Shown: positions 52,203 to 62,799, numbered from the stretch's first letter. The stretch: 64,000 nucleotides of DNA from an uncultured Candidatus Saccharibacteria bacterium (GCA_964469405.1 CAYXYP010000001.1:36782-100781), one strand, 5' to 3'. A program made the numbers and translations. Notes: generated by a model not told the origin, from the letters alone.

Positions 52203-52394
52203 ATGAAAACCAACAAATCATATTCAAAAAGAATCCGTGTAACACGCAATGGTAAACTCATGGCGCGTGCGAAAGGACAAAACCATTTCAATGCAAAGGC
52301 AAGTGGTTCCGAGCGTAGCGGCAAGCGTCGCCCGGTCGAGATCAACCTGTCAGTGAAGGTCCGCCGACGCTTTCTTCCAGGCACTGGTGCGTAA
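52203..52394 (+). CDS. rpmI: 50S ribosomal protein L35
   Basis: MKTNKSYSKR; between infC and rplT. Confidence 0.92.
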   Translation: MKTNKSYSKRIRVTRNGKLMARAKGQNHFNAKASGSERSGKRRPVEINLSVKVRRRFLPGTGA

Positions 52395-52420
52395 TTAATT
52401 TAGCTTGTAACCATTTCAGT

Positions 52421-52768
52421 ATGACAAGAATCAAAGGAGGAGTAATGGCGCAGAAGCGCCGCAAGAATGTTCTCGAACGAGCCAAGGGCTATCGTGGCGT
52501 ACGCTCTAAGAAGGAGCGCTATGCTCATGAGGCGCTCATGCGCGCAGGACGCTATGCGTTTGCCCACCGTCGCGACAAGAAAACCGACTTCCGCCAGATC
52601 TGGATTGTCCGATTGAATGCCGCTGTCCGCGAGAACGGCCACAAATCATACAGCACGTTCATTGCGAAGCTTAAGAAGACTGGTTTTGCCCTCGACCGAA
52701 AAGTCCTCGCGCAATTCGCCTCTGAACACCCGGAAGTTTTCACCCGCATCGCCAAACAAGTCGTCTAA
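52421..52768 (+). CDS. rplT: 50S ribosomal protein L20
   Basis: MTRIK, AKGYRG, FRQIWIVRLNAA. Confidence 0.96.
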   Translation: MTRIKGGVMAQKRRKNVLERAKGYRGVRSKKERYAHEALMRAGRYAFAHRRDKKTDFRQIWIVRLNAAVRENGHKSYSTFIAKLKKTGFALDRKVLAQFASEHPEVFTRIAKQVV

Positions 52769-52770
52769 CA

Positions 52771-52805
52771 AAACTAAAACCGCCCTTTCGGGGCGGTTTT
52801 AGTTT
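52771..52805. terminator. Bidirectional terminator
   Basis: AAACTAAAACCGCCC..GGGCGGTTTTAGTTT between convergent genes. Confidence 0.75.
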
Positions 52806-52811
52806 CAGAAT

Positions 52812-53036
52812 TTATTTTTCACTCAGATATTTAAATCGTGGAATTCGTTTCCCTTCAAATTCTACTTCTTCTAGAAACATCGTGAGAGGTCTCACCCAAA
52901 GTTTCGACATCTCGTTTTCATAAAGTGCTTCATACACGACCATATCTTCCAACGTCTCACTATGCTTCGCCATGCCGATTACTCGATACTTCTTACCACT
53001 TTTATAGTGCTCGTATATACCCGGTTTTAAATCCAT
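52812..53036 (-). CDS. DUF1653 domain protein
   Basis: YEHYK, AKHSETLE-MVVYEALY, WVRP-MF. Confidence 0.88.
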   Translation of the reverse strand: MDLKPGIYEHYKSGKKYRVIGMAKHSETLEDMVVYEALYENEMSKLWVRPLTMFLEEVEFEGKRIPRFKYLSEK

Positions 53037-53042
53037 AAAAAT

Positions 53043-53291
53043 TCAAGAGACAAAAACTTTATCAATTTCCTCCGCAAGCCCTCGATCTTTAACAGTTACC
53101 GTACTGCCACTATCGTGAGTGGTGGTTGAGATGCATACTTTTTTGTAATCTTTAAGACAGATGTTCGGATGGTGCTGCGTACGTTCAGCTATCTCCCCTA
53201 TCCTATTTACAAACACAAGTGCTTCCTTAAAATCTTTGAATTCGAAAATCTTTTGTAGGGTATTATCTACTTCACTCCATTCATTTTCCAT
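53043..53291 (-). CDS. Pterin-4-alpha-carbinolamine dehydratase family protein
   Basis: FKDF-EA, HHP, TTHD. Confidence 0.85.
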   Translation of the reverse strand: MENEWSEVDNTLQKIFEFKDFKEALVFVNRIGEIAERTQHHPNICLKDYKKVCISTTTHDSGSTVTVKDRGLAEEIDKVFVS

Positions 53292-53318
53292 AACTGAAGT
53301 ATAGCAACCTGAATATAA

Positions 53319-54710
53319 CTAGACTTTTTTGACTGTGTCTTTCGTGATCTCCCATGTCTGCCCTAGCTCGGGGACGATAGCGCGAGCGCCAAGATAGTCG
53401 TGAATGCGCTGCGCGAGGAATCGCTCAGCCTTTGGTTCGCCGATGGCGGTGAAAATGACTTTGGGACGTTGTTCAGACAGTGCTGCTTCCGCGAATTTGA
53501 GCAGCTCGTCGCGATCGGCATGAGCTGACCATCCTTCGAGTTTTTCTATCTTTGCTTTTATTTTTATTTCGTCACCGCCAAGACGTACCGAAGACGCACC
53601 CTCTACTATGCGTCGACCCGGCGTGCCGGGCGCCTGATAGCCGACGATAAAGAGTGTCGTTGTCGGGTCAGGTAAATAGCGCTTCTCCCATCCGCCAATC
53701 CGGCCGCCATGGCTCATTCCCGCTCCGGCGATGATGATCTTTGGTCCAGGCACTTTTTCTATCGCCATCGACTCGTTACGTGAGGGAGTCTGTTTTAAAA
53801 ATGGAAATTCGAAAATACTTCCCTCTCGCTTCATCTCATCTTCAGTTTCGGGCTTAAAGTACGTAAGGCCCCATTTCTCGTAGACTGCAGTCACCTTGAT
53901 TGCAAGCGGTGAGTCCAGAAACACCGGAATTTTCGGAAGAGACCCGTCCGAGAAAAAATTCGAAAGTTCATAGAGCATGAGCTGCGTACGCTCAAGTGAG
54001 AACGCAGGGATAAGAATAGTGCCCCCTCGTCTAATCGCGAGTTGTAGTTTCCCTTTAAGCAACATATCTCGCGTCGCTCTCTGCGGATGGAGCCGATCGC
54101 CATAGACGCTTTCCATAACAAGTGCATCTGCATCCGGCACTGGCTCCCAATTAGGTAAGAGAGGCGAGGGCGAATTACCGATGTCGCCCGTGAGAGCGAT
54201 AGTGACACCCTCTTCATCTTTTATCCGTACACTCGCCGAACCGAGGATGTGACCGATATTCCGCAGATACGCCGAAAGCCCTGGCGCAATTTCTTTCTCT
54301 GTATGATAGTCCAATGTTTCAATGAACGAAAAGGTTCTATCGACATCCTGCTCTTCGTAGAGCGGTGCTTTATTATGCCGACGCGCCTCGTCATAAAGAA
54401 TACCGACCGAGTCACGCAAAATAAGCTCGGCGAGATCTTTTGTCGGCGGCGTCATATATATCTTCCCGCGGAAGCCATCGCGTACGAGCTTTGGAATGCG
54501 ACCGACATGGTCCAAATGCGCATGCGTGAGAACAAGAGCATCAATTTTCGTGACATCGTAGGGAAACGGTTCATAGATATGTCCTTCAACAAAATCAGCA
54601 CCTTGCTCAATGCCACAATCAACAAGGACTTTCCCACGAGCGCCTTCAATTAAAAAATTGGAGCCGGTCACCTTCCCTGCCCCACCATAGAAACTGAGTC
54701 GCAATGACAT
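53319..54710 (-). CDS. MBL-fold beta-CASP ribonuclease
   Basis: VTGS, THAHLDHVG, GHILGS, MESVYG, SAHAD. Confidence 0.9.
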   Translation of the reverse strand: MSLRLSFYGGAGKVTGSNFLIEGARGKVLVDCGIEQGADFVEGHIYEPFPYDVTKIDALVLTHAHLDHVGRIPKLVRDGFRGKIYMTPPTKDLAELILRDSVGILYDEARRHNKAPLYEEQDVDRTFSFIETLDYHTEKEIAPGLSAYLRNIGHILGSASVRIKDEEGVTIALTGDIGNSPSPLLPNWEPVPDADALVMESVYGDRLHPQRATRDMLLKGKLQLAIRRGGTILIPAFSLERTQLMLYELSNFFSDGSLPKIPVFLDSPLAIKVTAVYEKWGLTYFKPETEDEMKREGSIFEFPFLKQTPSRNESMAIEKVPGPKIIIAGAGMSHGGRIGGWEKRYLPDPTTTLFIVGYQAPGTPGRRIVEGASSVRLGGDEIKIKAKIEKLEGWSAHADRDELLKFAEAALSEQRPKVIFTAIGEPKAERFLAQRIHDYLGARAIVPELGQTWEITKDTVKKV

Positions 54711-54769
54711 GCATGAAATGTAGCATACGCAGGACGCGAAAAACCGCTCTTCACAGAGCGGTTTTTCGC

Positions 54770-54909
54770 GGAGCCGTCCTCTTAAGCAACTTAATCTTGC
54801 CAGGTGGGTGCCCGAATGGCAGCTTTCGGATTTCCTCGCGGAATTCACCAAACTGCCTGAATGCTAAGCTCCCAAAAATAAGGCAAGTTGCGTTTTTAAG
54901 AACAGCTCC
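54770..54909 (-). ncRNA. ssrS: 6S RNA (short, ~140 nt)
   Basis: Long closing stem GGAGCUGUUCUU/GAGGACGGCUCC, GGGAGC and GGCACCCACCU central-bubble motifs, terminator immediately downstream. Confidence 0.7.
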
Positions 54910-55020
54910 ACTTGTAACTATACACCCGATTTTTTTGTTGGAGTACCAACGAGTAAAAATCGTGCCTGAAATGAGCACATTTCAGGCCGTATTTTATAAA
55001 ATGACCCTGTGGAGAACTAC

Positions 55021-55626
55021 CTAACTGAGTATGTCCCTCATGTCCGCGTTATAGAGAGTAGCCTCGTGCGGCACGCGATATTTCATTATTTCGGCAGGCT
55101 TAAACCAGTGCGGAATTTCTTTTTCTGCTTCGGGAACTGAGCCAGACGCATGTATGAGATTACGAATAGCGCGAGTATCAGTATCCGCCATTTGATATGA
55201 ATCGAGGACGAAATCTCCGCGAATTGTACCTACGTTCGCGCTTCGAGGCTCGGTGCTTCCCGTAATCTTTCGTACCAGCTCAACCGCATGACCGCCCTCC
55301 CAGATCATTGCGATGACAGGTCCGCTCGACATATATTTCTTCAAACTCACGACGACGCTGTCCGCTACTTCGATTGGATCAGACGAAGGTGGTTTTTCTC
55401 CCTTTTTCACATAGCTTGCGATGGCCTTCTCACCGACGGCCTTTTTCCAATTTGGATCGAGAAGATAATGCTCCTCAATCATCTCCTCCGTCGGGATAAT
55501 CATTTTGATCGCGACAAGCTTGAGTCCGGTACGCTCATAGCGCTTGATGATCTCCCCAATAAGCGCACGCTGGATGCCGTCAGGCTTGACTATAACGAGT
55601 GTTCTTTCTGTTTTAGGATGTGCCAT
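55021..55626 (-). CDS. ndk: Nucleoside diphosphate kinase
   Basis: VKPDG, GTIRGDF, NLIHAS. Confidence 0.95.
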   Translation of the reverse strand: MAHPKTERTLVIVKPDGIQRALIGEIIKRYERTGLKLVAIKMIIPTEEMIEEHYLLDPNWKKAVGEKAIASYVKKGEKPPSSDPIEVADSVVVSLKKYMSSGPVIAMIWEGGHAVELVRKITGSTEPRSANVGTIRGDFVLDSYQMADTDTRAIRNLIHASGSVPEAEKEIPHWFKPAEIMKYRVPHEATLYNADMRDILS

Positions 55627-55674
55627 GTTTTAAAAATTAATCAGCCGATTGATTGAAGGACGTGTCCACGGCAA

Positions 55675-56439
55675 TCATGCGGTAATGATACGCGCTCCTC
55701 CCTTTTCAATCAATATCGTGTGTTCGAAATGGGCGGAGCGGGAACCATCCTTAGTTCTATATGTATAACCATCCGGAGCAAGAACTACGGACGCTTTCCC
55801 TGCGGCCGAAATGGGCTCCAGAGCAAGCACCATACCCTCGAAGAGCAATTCTCCTTCTCTTGGTTTACCAAAATTTGGAATGAAGGGCTCCTCGTGAACA
55901 AGGTCACCGACCCCATGTCCTCCGAGCTCCTTCACCACCTTAAAGCCCGCGCTCTCAATCTCTTTTTGAATGGCCGAGGAAATGTCGCCGATATGGTTCC
56001 CCGGAATAGCCTGCGCAATACCTGCCGTAAGTGCAACCTCCGTTGCAGCAACAAGCTTCTTCGTATCCTCGCTTATCTGCCCTACTGGCACGGTGATGGC
56101 GGCATCAACAATAACGCCCTTATGAGTAAGCCCGAGATCGAGACCGACGATATCACCCTCTTTCAGGATTTTCACCGATTCATTCGGGATACCATGCACA
56201 ACCTCATCGTTTATTGAGACACAGAGCGTCGCAGGGTAGGGTCGCCCTGCACCCTCAGGCGTATAGCCAAGGAAACATGGTTCATCGCCACCATCGCGAA
56301 TCATGTGTTCCGCAAAGTCATCGAGCTCTTCGGCCGAGACACCCGGAGCAACTTTGGCACGCAGCGCCCCAAGCACAGCCGCGAGACGCTTCCCTGCTTC
56401 AATGAGATTACCCCGCTCAACGTCGTTTTTGATCGTCAT
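55675..56439 (-). CDS. map: Methionine aminopeptidase
   Basis: SINDEVVHGIP, GHGVG, HEEP, AHFEHT. Confidence 0.96.
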   Translation of the reverse strand: MTIKNDVERGNLIEAGKRLAAVLGALRAKVAPGVSAEELDDFAEHMIRDGGDEPCFLGYTPEGAGRPYPATLCVSINDEVVHGIPNESVKILKEGDIVGLDLGLTHKGVIVDAAITVPVGQISEDTKKLVAATEVALTAGIAQAIPGNHIGDISSAIQKEIESAGFKVVKELGGHGVGDLVHEEPFIPNFGKPREGELLFEGMVLALEPISAAGKASVVLAPDGYTYRTKDGSRSAHFEHTILIEKGGARIITA

Positions 56440-57002
56440 TTTATATCGAGTGCTGCACGAATATCTTCAGCAATCCGTTCTGGCGGTTGTTCGCCATTTA
56501 TCTCGATAAGCGTACCGGCTTTACGAAACACTTCAATCGCCGGCTCGGTATACTCACGGTATTCTTTCAATCGCTCACCAACGACTGAATCATCGGCGCG
56601 TCCTTCTATTTTTTTGCGGCCAGCAAGACGACGATTGACTTCTTCGTCGGACACTTGAATATCAAAAATGAAAAAAGGACGATTAAGCCACCGAAGAGAG
56701 TCAATGACAAGTTCGGCTTCAGGCACCTTGCGGTTGAAACCATCGAAGATGGCTCCAGAATCCCCCGCAATCGAGAAGAGTGACTTCAGATAGAGATACA
56801 TCGCGAACCAATGTGGAGCGAGCATTCCGGCATCATTTTCTATCTTCACTTTCCGACCAACGGGCGTATCATTCTGCGAAATCTCACGGAAGAGCTTCCC
56901 TGAGGCGAATACAGGCCAACCGGTATGTTCTGCAAGCAGCTTTGCCTGAGTACCCTTCCCGCATCCTGGCTTCCCGATGAAGAAAATGGTGTGTGTTTCC
57001 AT
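56436..57002 (-). CDS. adk: Adenylate kinase (short)
   Basis: GKPGCGKGTQ, DGFNR, GRADD; after secY. Confidence 0.88.
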   Translation of the reverse strand: METHTIFFIGKPGCGKGTQAKLLAEHTGWPVFASGKLFREISQNDTPVGRKVKIENDAGMLAPHWFAMYLYLKSLFSIAGDSGAIFDGFNRKVPEAELVIDSLRWLNRPFFIFDIQVSDEEVNRRLAGRKKIEGRADDSVVGERLKEYREYTEPAIEVFRKAGTLIEINGEQPPERIAEDIRAALDIK

Positions 57003-57020
57003 TTACCTATTTTAGCACTT

Positions 57021-58295
57021 TTAGTATTCGCGAAGCGAAACTTGTGCGTCGATTTTGCGAGCGAGGTCGAGAGCGACCTGTACGGCAATAAGAAGCGCCG
57101 TGCCACCGAGCACGATCGTCGTAATGCCGGTGAGCCCTTGGATAATCGAAGGAGACACCGCAATAAGACCGAGGAAGAAGGCCCCCGGAAGAGTGATGCG
57201 ATTCACCACCTTGCCTATGTATTCTTCTGTCTCGCGACCTGGGCGCACACCTGGAACAAAGGCGCCCGTCTTCTGGAGGTTCTCTGCGACGCGGTGAGGC
57301 TCAAAAGTGACGGCGGTATAGAAATACGTGAACAACACCACGAGGAAGAAGTACACTGAACCATACCCCCATGGATTAGAGAGGAATGCCGTGTACCAGA
57401 GAGCCGCGCTTGACGCGAAAGGGACATGCAACGCTCCAATCATCGAAAGTGCCATTTGCGGAAGGAGCAGAAGTGAGAGTGCAAAGATAATAGGAATGAC
57501 GCCCGCTTGCAGAAGACGGATAGGGAGATAGGTCGCGGCGCCTTGTGAGAGCGCCGTACCACGCACTGCCCTAGCATAGGCAATCGGTATAGAGCGTTCG
57601 GCATCGGATACAACTACTACCGCATACATCATTGCGACAGCAAGAATGGTAAATGCGAGGAAGCTAGGAATATCTGCCGCCGTTGCAGCGAAAATGGCTT
57701 GCGAAATACTTGCAGGAATACTTGCAAGAATTCCTGCAAGGATGATGAGTGAAATTCCGTTTCCAATACCAAATTCCGTTACGAGCTCGCCGATCCACAT
57801 AAGGAGCAAGGAGCCCGCAGTCACTACCGCAATATTCGCAATAAGCGATACGGTGCCCAAATGCGCTATGATGCCCTGATTTTCGAGAAGCGACAAAAAA
57901 GCAAAAGCCTGTAAAACGCTAATGGGGATAGTGAGAAGACGGCTCCACTGCACAAATTTTGCACGGCCCGCTTCACCTTCTTCATGATACGCTCGTTTCA
58001 CTTGAGGAAAGATGATGGTACCGAGCTGCATAATGATGGAAGCCGTAATAAACGGACCTACACCGAGCATGACAATCGAAAGTTGTGAAAGTCCTCCGCC
58101 TGAAAATATATTGAGAAGACCGAGAAACTGATTGTTCGCAAAAAATGCTGCGAGCGCAGTCTTGTCGACACCAGGAATTGGTATTGACGCAAGAAGACGG
58201 AAAACTGCGAGCGCGCCAATAAGAAAGAGTATGCGGAAACGAATTTCAGGATCACCGAACGCGAGTTTTAATTTGTGAATGAAAGAATTAAGCAT
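57021..58295 (-). CDS. secY: Preprotein translocase SecY
   Basis: LGVGPFITASII, GIGNGISL, AGVIPIIFA, PGVRPG. Confidence 0.97.
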   Translation of the reverse strand: MLNSFIHKLKLAFGDPEIRFRILFLIGALAVFRLLASIPIPGVDKTALAAFFANNQFLGLLNIFSGGGLSQLSIVMLGVGPFITASIIMQLGTIIFPQVKRAYHEEGEAGRAKFVQWSRLLTIPISVLQAFAFLSLLENQGIIAHLGTVSLIANIAVVTAGSLLLMWIGELVTEFGIGNGISLIILAGILASIPASISQAIFAATAADIPSFLAFTILAVAMMYAVVVVSDAERSIPIAYARAVRGTALSQGAATYLPIRLLQAGVIPIIFALSLLLLPQMALSMIGALHVPFASSAALWYTAFLSNPWGYGSVYFFLVVLFTYFYTAVTFEPHRVAENLQKTGAFVPGVRPGRETEEYIGKVVNRITLPGAFFLGLIAVSPSIIQGLTGITTIVLGGTALLIAVQVALDLARKIDAQVSLREY

Positions 58296-58740
58296 GAATT
58301 GTGCCGCCAGCCGCAAGAAGCGCGGTGCGAGCGACAGTAGATAAGGTACATCCTTCGACAACGAGAGCTTTTGCAATAGATCCCGCGCCCAAAATCTTTA
58401 CCACCGGTACGCGCCCTTTCGCACGACGCACCAAATCCTTCGCAAGAAGTGTTGCTGGAGACACTGTTTCGCCAGATTTGTATACCGCTTCAATTGCGGA
58501 GAGATTCACAACCGAGACGGGGATACGATTCGTCCGAACGGTACGTGCACGATTCTTGCCATGGCCCCGAAGCTTGGGAAGCTTTTTAATGAGATCGCGA
58601 GACTCAGGACGAATCTTGTGTCCGGCACGAGCAGTCTGCCCTTTTCCGCCACGACCTGAGGTCTTGCCGCGCTTCCCACCGCGCCCAACAGGTGGATTTT
58701 TTCTATTCTTGGTACGAGGAGAGAATGAATGGAGTTGCAT
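58288..58740 (-). CDS. rplO: 50S ribosomal protein L15
   Basis: GRGGKRGKTSGRGGKGQTAR. Confidence 0.95.
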   Translation of the reverse strand: MQLHSFSPRTKNRKNPPVGRGGKRGKTSGRGGKGQTARAGHKIRPESRDLIKKLPKLRGHGKNRARTVRTNRIPVSVVNLSAIEAVYKSGETVSPATLLAKDLVRRAKGRVPVVKILGAGSIAKALVVEGCTLSTVARTALLAAGGTIHA

Positions 58741-58750
58741 ACGTAAAAAA

Positions 58751-59425
58751 TTATTTTGTGCGCAATTTCCTAAGAGCCGCAACTGTTGCACGTGCGATGG
58801 TGAGCTTGTTCTTGGAACGTGTGTGAATTTTGGTCACGACATCAGTCACACCAGCAAGATCGAGCACCGTACGCACTGCCGAACCAGCGACGAGACCGCG
58901 CCCTTCCGAAGGAATGATCTCGATGGTGGATGAGGCGTATTTCATACTGACCTGGTGCGGAATCGATCCAGACGCCGTGCGTGGAACCGTGAAAAGATGC
59001 TTTTTCGCATCACGCGTTGCCTTATCTATAGAAAGCGCAGTGTCGACACCTTTCCCGAGACCGACGCCGACACGACCTTTCCGGTCGCCAATAACTACCA
59101 CGAGACTGAAATTGAAACGGCGGCCGCCGGCCATCACGCGTGCTACGCGCCTGGCATCTATCGTGACCTGTTCGAACTCTCCGCGTTCGCGTGGAGGACG
59201 TGCGCGACCACCTGCGCGTGGTGCACGACCACGCAAAGATCCTCGACCACCTGCGCGCGCGGAAGGAGCGCTTGCGGACACGGCTGCTCCTGCATCTGGT
59301 GCTCCGGTAGTAAGATCGGTTTGGGCAATTGCCTCAGATGTTGCCGACGCATCTTCTGTAACGATAGTCTCTACCGGTACACCTTCCACTTCCTGTATCG
59401 TTTCTTTTTCCATCGGTGTAGTCAT
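58751..59425 (-). CDS. rpsE: 30S ribosomal protein S5 with acidic N-terminal extension
   Basis: RRVARVMAGGRRF, VGVGLGK. Confidence 0.96.
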   Translation of the reverse strand: MTTPMEKETIQEVEGVPVETIVTEDASATSEAIAQTDLTTGAPDAGAAVSASAPSARAGGRGSLRGRAPRAGGRARPPRERGEFEQVTIDARRVARVMAGGRRFNFSLVVVIGDRKGRVGVGLGKGVDTALSIDKATRDAKKHLFTVPRTASGSIPHQVSMKYASSTIEIIPSEGRGLVAGSAVRTVLDLAGVTDVVTKIHTRSKNKLTIARATVAALRKLRTK

Positions 59426-59430
59426 GAGTA

Positions 59431-59781
59431 TTAAAAAGTAAGACCGCCCGCACGAGCAGCATCAGCAAGAGCTTTGACTTGACCGCCGTAGCGATATCCA
59501 CCGCGATCAAACACGATAGCAACAATCCCAGCCACCTTGGCCTTCTTAGCGATTGCCGCTCCAACAGACGTCGCCTGTACGGACTGTGGTCCCTTAAATT
59601 CGCGTCCGTGCGATGCGGCGACTGTATTCCCTGCCGTATCATCGATGAGCTGTGCCGAGACGAATCGATTGCTCCGGTAGACGGCGAGACGAGGGCGCTC
59701 TGCAGTACCTTTGATCTGCGCACGCACCCGCGCATGGCGGCGCTTGCGGAGTTCACTATTTGTTGCGGGTGTGTGTTTCAT
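59431..59781 (-). CDS. rplR: 50S ribosomal protein L18
   Basis: [18 protein letters not shown]. Confidence 0.96.
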   Translation of the reverse strand: MKHTPATNSELRKRRHARVRAQIKGTAERPRLAVYRSNRFVSAQLIDDTAGNTVAASHGREFKGPQSVQATSVGAAIAKKAKVAGIVAIVFDRGGYRYGGQVKALADAARAGGLTF

Positions 59782-59799
59782 AATTTTGTATGCTCTATT

Positions 59800-60330
59800 T
59801 TATACAGCTTTCTTACCCTGCTTGCGACGTATGACTTCGTCGTCGTAGCGGATACCTTTACCGAGATATGGTTCCGGCGGCTTTATGCGTCGAATATCTG
59901 CCGCAAATTGCCCAACCGACTCTTTATTTGCACCCTCGATCTTGATTATATTCTTTTCTACTGTTGCCGTGACATCCTCTGGGATTTTAAGCGCGACCGT
60001 ATGAGAAAATCCGACCGTGAGAACAACATCACTCCCTTTAACCTCGACGCGGTAGCCCACTCCTTCGAGGATAAGCTTCCTCGTATAGCGATTTTCAACC
60101 CCTTGCACCATGTTCTTCACATGAGAAGCGAAGGTGCCGATAAGCATCCTGCCAAGACGAGAACGGTCCTTCGTGGTAATTAAAACACCTGTCGCATCAA
60201 CCGCAATATCAACTGAAGGATGCACGCGCTTGGTAAGCGTACCTTTCGATCCCTTCACCGTGAGCGTACCTCCCGCTACCGATACATCAGCTTTCCCTAC
60301 CGCTATTGATTTTTTTGCAAGTCGGCTCAT
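59800..60330 (-). CDS. rplF: 50S ribosomal protein L6
   Basis: MSRLAK, PEPYLGKGIRY. Confidence 0.96.
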   Translation of the reverse strand: MSRLAKKSIAVGKADVSVAGGTLTVKGSKGTLTKRVHPSVDIAVDATGVLITTKDRSRLGRMLIGTFASHVKNMVQGVENRYTRKLILEGVGYRVEVKGSDVVLTVGFSHTVALKIPEDVTATVEKNIIKIEGANKESVGQFAADIRRIKPPEPYLGKGIRYDDEVIRRKQGKKAV

Positions 60331-60334
60331 ATGA

Positions 60335-60739
60335 TTACCAAATTTCAAAAAGTTCCTCGCCCCCGTATCGGTTTTTACGTGCCTCTGTGTCTGAAATGAT
60401 ACCCGCCGAGGAGGAAAATATGCGTGCTCCCGTACCACCCTTCACTTTGTGTGCAGCTGTATACGGAGCATAGAGACGGCGACCAGGTTTCGAAATTCTC
60501 TTCACACCGCGCAGCCGTGCATGATCCTGCTCATCGTAGGCAAGCGTCGCAACAAACATCCTCTTTACCTCTTCGCCTTCCTTGATCTTCGTCTCGACAT
60601 GGGTCAGGAAGCCAAGCTCTTTGAGTTTCTTTGCAATGGCAACGAGGTGGGCTGAATATGGCACCGGAACTTCGCGCGCACCGATAAGGGCAGCGTTCTG
60701 GAGACGGATTATAAAATCACCGACGCGGTCAGTTACCAT
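60335..60739 (-). CDS. rpsH: 30S ribosomal protein S8
   Basis: [24 protein letters not shown]. Confidence 0.95.
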   Translation of the reverse strand: MVTDRVGDFIIRLQNAALIGAREVPVPYSAHLVAIAKKLKELGFLTHVETKIKEGEEVKRMFVATLAYDEQDHARLRGVKRISKPGRRLYAPYTAAHKVKGGTGARIFSSSAGIISDTEARKNRYGGEELFEIW

Positions 60740-61002
60740 GATGCTTTCTTTACACCCGGGATCTTCCCTTCGCGGGCGAGCTCGCGGAACTGAATGCGCG
60801 AGAGACCGAAGACCTGCATATAGCCACGGGAACGACCGGTAATCGCGCAACGGCTTTTGAGGCGTACGGGCGATGAATTTCTCGGAAGCTTTTGAAGGCC
60901 GAAAGTGTCGCCAGCCAACTTCAAAGCAGCACGCTTTACAGCGTACTTCTTCACAAGTTTGATCTTCTTGGCGTATCGCGCCAGCTGGGACTTTTTAGCC
61001 AT
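60733..61002 (-). CDS. rpsN: 30S ribosomal protein S14 (89-aa, zinc-independent type)
   Basis: [27 protein letters not shown]. Confidence 0.95.
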   Translation of the reverse strand: MAKKSQLARYAKKIKLVKKYAVKRAALKLAGDTFGLQKLPRNSSPVRLKSRCAITGRSRGYMQVFGLSRIQFRELAREGKIPGVKKASW

Positions 61003-61061
61003 AAGTAAAAAATAAAGCTCCGAAGAGCGTGTGAGTAATGTATCACTTAGGTATTCTTGCG

Positions 61062-61613
61062 TCAAACCTTTGGCTGATTGCCGAACGTTTGCTGTAGCAG
61101 CTTACGTTTTTCCTGTCTATTGAAAAGCATAATCCACACAATGATGGCGACGCTAGCGAGAATGAGGACAATACCAGAAATCGTCGGTAGTTGGACAATT
61201 CCAGTTAGAAGCATGACAGCGACGCCACTTTTGTACCATTTTTTCAGCAAGAGGAACAGGCTTGCCGCGGTACCTATGTATCCCAAACCAGCTGCGTAAC
61301 CAGCTATATCCCCAAATATTCCCTTTGTGAAGGAAAAAGCGGCCTGAAGCATGAAAAGAAGGATAAGTACATAGACTATCTTCACCGTCTGGGGAGAATC
61401 CTCATCACTTCCAAGCGTGCCACCTTTGAATTGTTGATACGTTCTCTTTAAAAGAGAACGCCAATAAATTACAGCCGCCCGTATGAAAAGTCCGGCGAGT
61501 AGCGCAATAGAGACGCCACCAACGACTTGTATTGCCACGATTGTATTGTGATCATACATTTTATCACCTAAATAATACATCGAAACGTCACGCCCGTTCG
61601 CACTTATCCACAC
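61062..61613 (-). CDS. Hypothetical multi-pass membrane protein inserted in the spc operon
   Basis: ~5 hydrophobic segments; start uncertain. Confidence 0.65.
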   Translation of the reverse strand: MWISANGRDVSMYYLGDKMYDHNTIVAIQVVGGVSIALLAGLFIRAAVIYWRSLLKRTYQQFKGGTLGSDEDSPQTVKIVYVLILLFMLQAAFSFTKGIFGDIAGYAAGLGYIGTAASLFLLLKKWYKSGVAVMLLTGIVQLPTISGIVLILASVAIIVWIMLFNRQEKRKLLQQTFGNQPKV

Positions 61614-61619
61614 CTACTT

Positions 61620-62189
61620 TCACAAAAGGGTTGAACCTTTTTTGCTAGCGCCTGAGTCAACGATAAGCGGCATACCGAGATGACGGAAGAAAGCCTCGGC
61701 CTCGGCCTTCCCTTTTGCAGTAGTAACGATAGTAATAGCGAAACCGAAGACATCCTTAAGATCTTCATCGCTCGTTTCCGGAAAGATTGTGTTCTCTTTG
61801 ATACCAACGGTAAGATTACCCATTTCGTCAATCGCTGAAGCCTTCAGTCCGCGGAAGTCGCGAGTACGAGGGAGTGCGATGTGGATGAGCTTGTCGATGA
61901 AGTCATACATTCGTGCACCGCGGAGCGTGACTTGGAGGCCGACGGTATCGCCCTCACGCACCTTGAACGAAGCAATGGAGAGGCGTGCGGGACGAGGTGC
62001 AGGCTTCTGTCCGGTGATCTTCGTAAGACGATCTTGAATGAGCTCAAGCTGTTTCTTGTCTCGCTTCTTCCCAACGCCCGAAGACACGATGATTTTCTGA
62101 ATACGTGGGCTCTGCATCGAACTCGTATAACCGAACGTTTCCGCAAGTGCGAGATAGGCTGACTGCTGGCGCTGTTTGGTAATAGACAT
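61620..62189 (-). CDS. rplE: 50S ribosomal protein L5
   Basis: ITGQKP, FKVREG, LPRTRDFRGL. Confidence 0.97.
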   Translation of the reverse strand: MSITKQRQQSAYLALAETFGYTSSMQSPRIQKIIVSSGVGKKRDKKQLELIQDRLTKITGQKPAPRPARLSIASFKVREGDTVGLQVTLRGARMYDFIDKLIHIALPRTRDFRGLKASAIDEMGNLTVGIKENTIFPETSDEDLKDVFGFAITIVTTAKGKAEAEAFFRHLGMPLIVDSGASKKGSTLL

Positions 62190-62191
62190 AA

Positions 62192-62410
62192 TTATTTTCC
62201 GCTACGTTTTACATTCGATGCGTTAATCGGGCGTGGGCGCTCGACGATACGACCAACCTGCCCTGTGCGACCCTTCATGTGACGCTTGAAGAGCGCAACA
62301 CCCTCGACAACAACTTTGTTCTCTTTCGGCAACGCGCGGACGACCGGACCGGACTTGCCCTTGTCCTTGCCTGCGATCACTTTCACGATATCTCCTTTTT
62401 TTACATGCAT
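62192..62410 (-). CDS. rplX: 50S ribosomal protein L24 (short, 72 aa)
   Basis: [21 protein letters not shown]. Confidence 0.93.
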   Translation of the reverse strand: MHVKKGDIVKVIAGKDKGKSGPVVRALPKENKVVVEGVALFKRHMKGRTGQVGRIVERPRPINASNVKRSGK

Positions 62411-62420
62411 ACCAAAAAAA

Positions 62421-62798
62421 TTAAACGACTTCGGGTGCGAGGGAGATAATAGAGTGCCAGCCAAGCTCGGAAAGTTCGCGTGGCACCGGACCGAAGATGC
62501 GATTCCCTTTCGGAGCCATCTCCTTCCCTTGCTTCTCGATAAGTACGACTGCGTTTTCATCAAAACGAATGTATGAGCCATCCTTACGACCGAACGGCTT
62601 GACCTGTCGCACGACAACAGCGCGAAATACATCTTTCTTCTTCACTGCTTTGCGAGGTTCGGCAGTCTGTATAGAGACGACGACGACGTCCCCGATCTCC
62701 GCATAGCGGCGCTGACTTCCGCCGAGCACCTTGAAAATGCGGGCGACTTTACCGCCGGAATTGTCTGCGACCATAACGATGGATTGAGGTTGCAACAT
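62421..62798 (-). CDS. rplN: 50S ribosomal protein L14
   Basis: VADNSG, FDENAVV, SLAPEV. Confidence 0.97.
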   Translation of the reverse strand: MLQPQSIVMVADNSGGKVARIFKVLGGSQRRYAEIGDVVVVSIQTAEPRKAVKKKDVFRAVVVRQVKPFGRKDGSYIRFDENAVVLIEKQGKEMAPKGNRIFGPVPRELSELGWHSIISLAPEVV

Positions 62799-62799
62799 A

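Noticed and set aside
58741-58750. Missing rpmD (L30) as a novelty
   Set aside because: Established CPR-wide loss; used only as a taxonomic clue
58301-60183. Long plus-strand ORFs opposite ribosomal protein genes
   Set aside because: Antisense shadows of conserved genes
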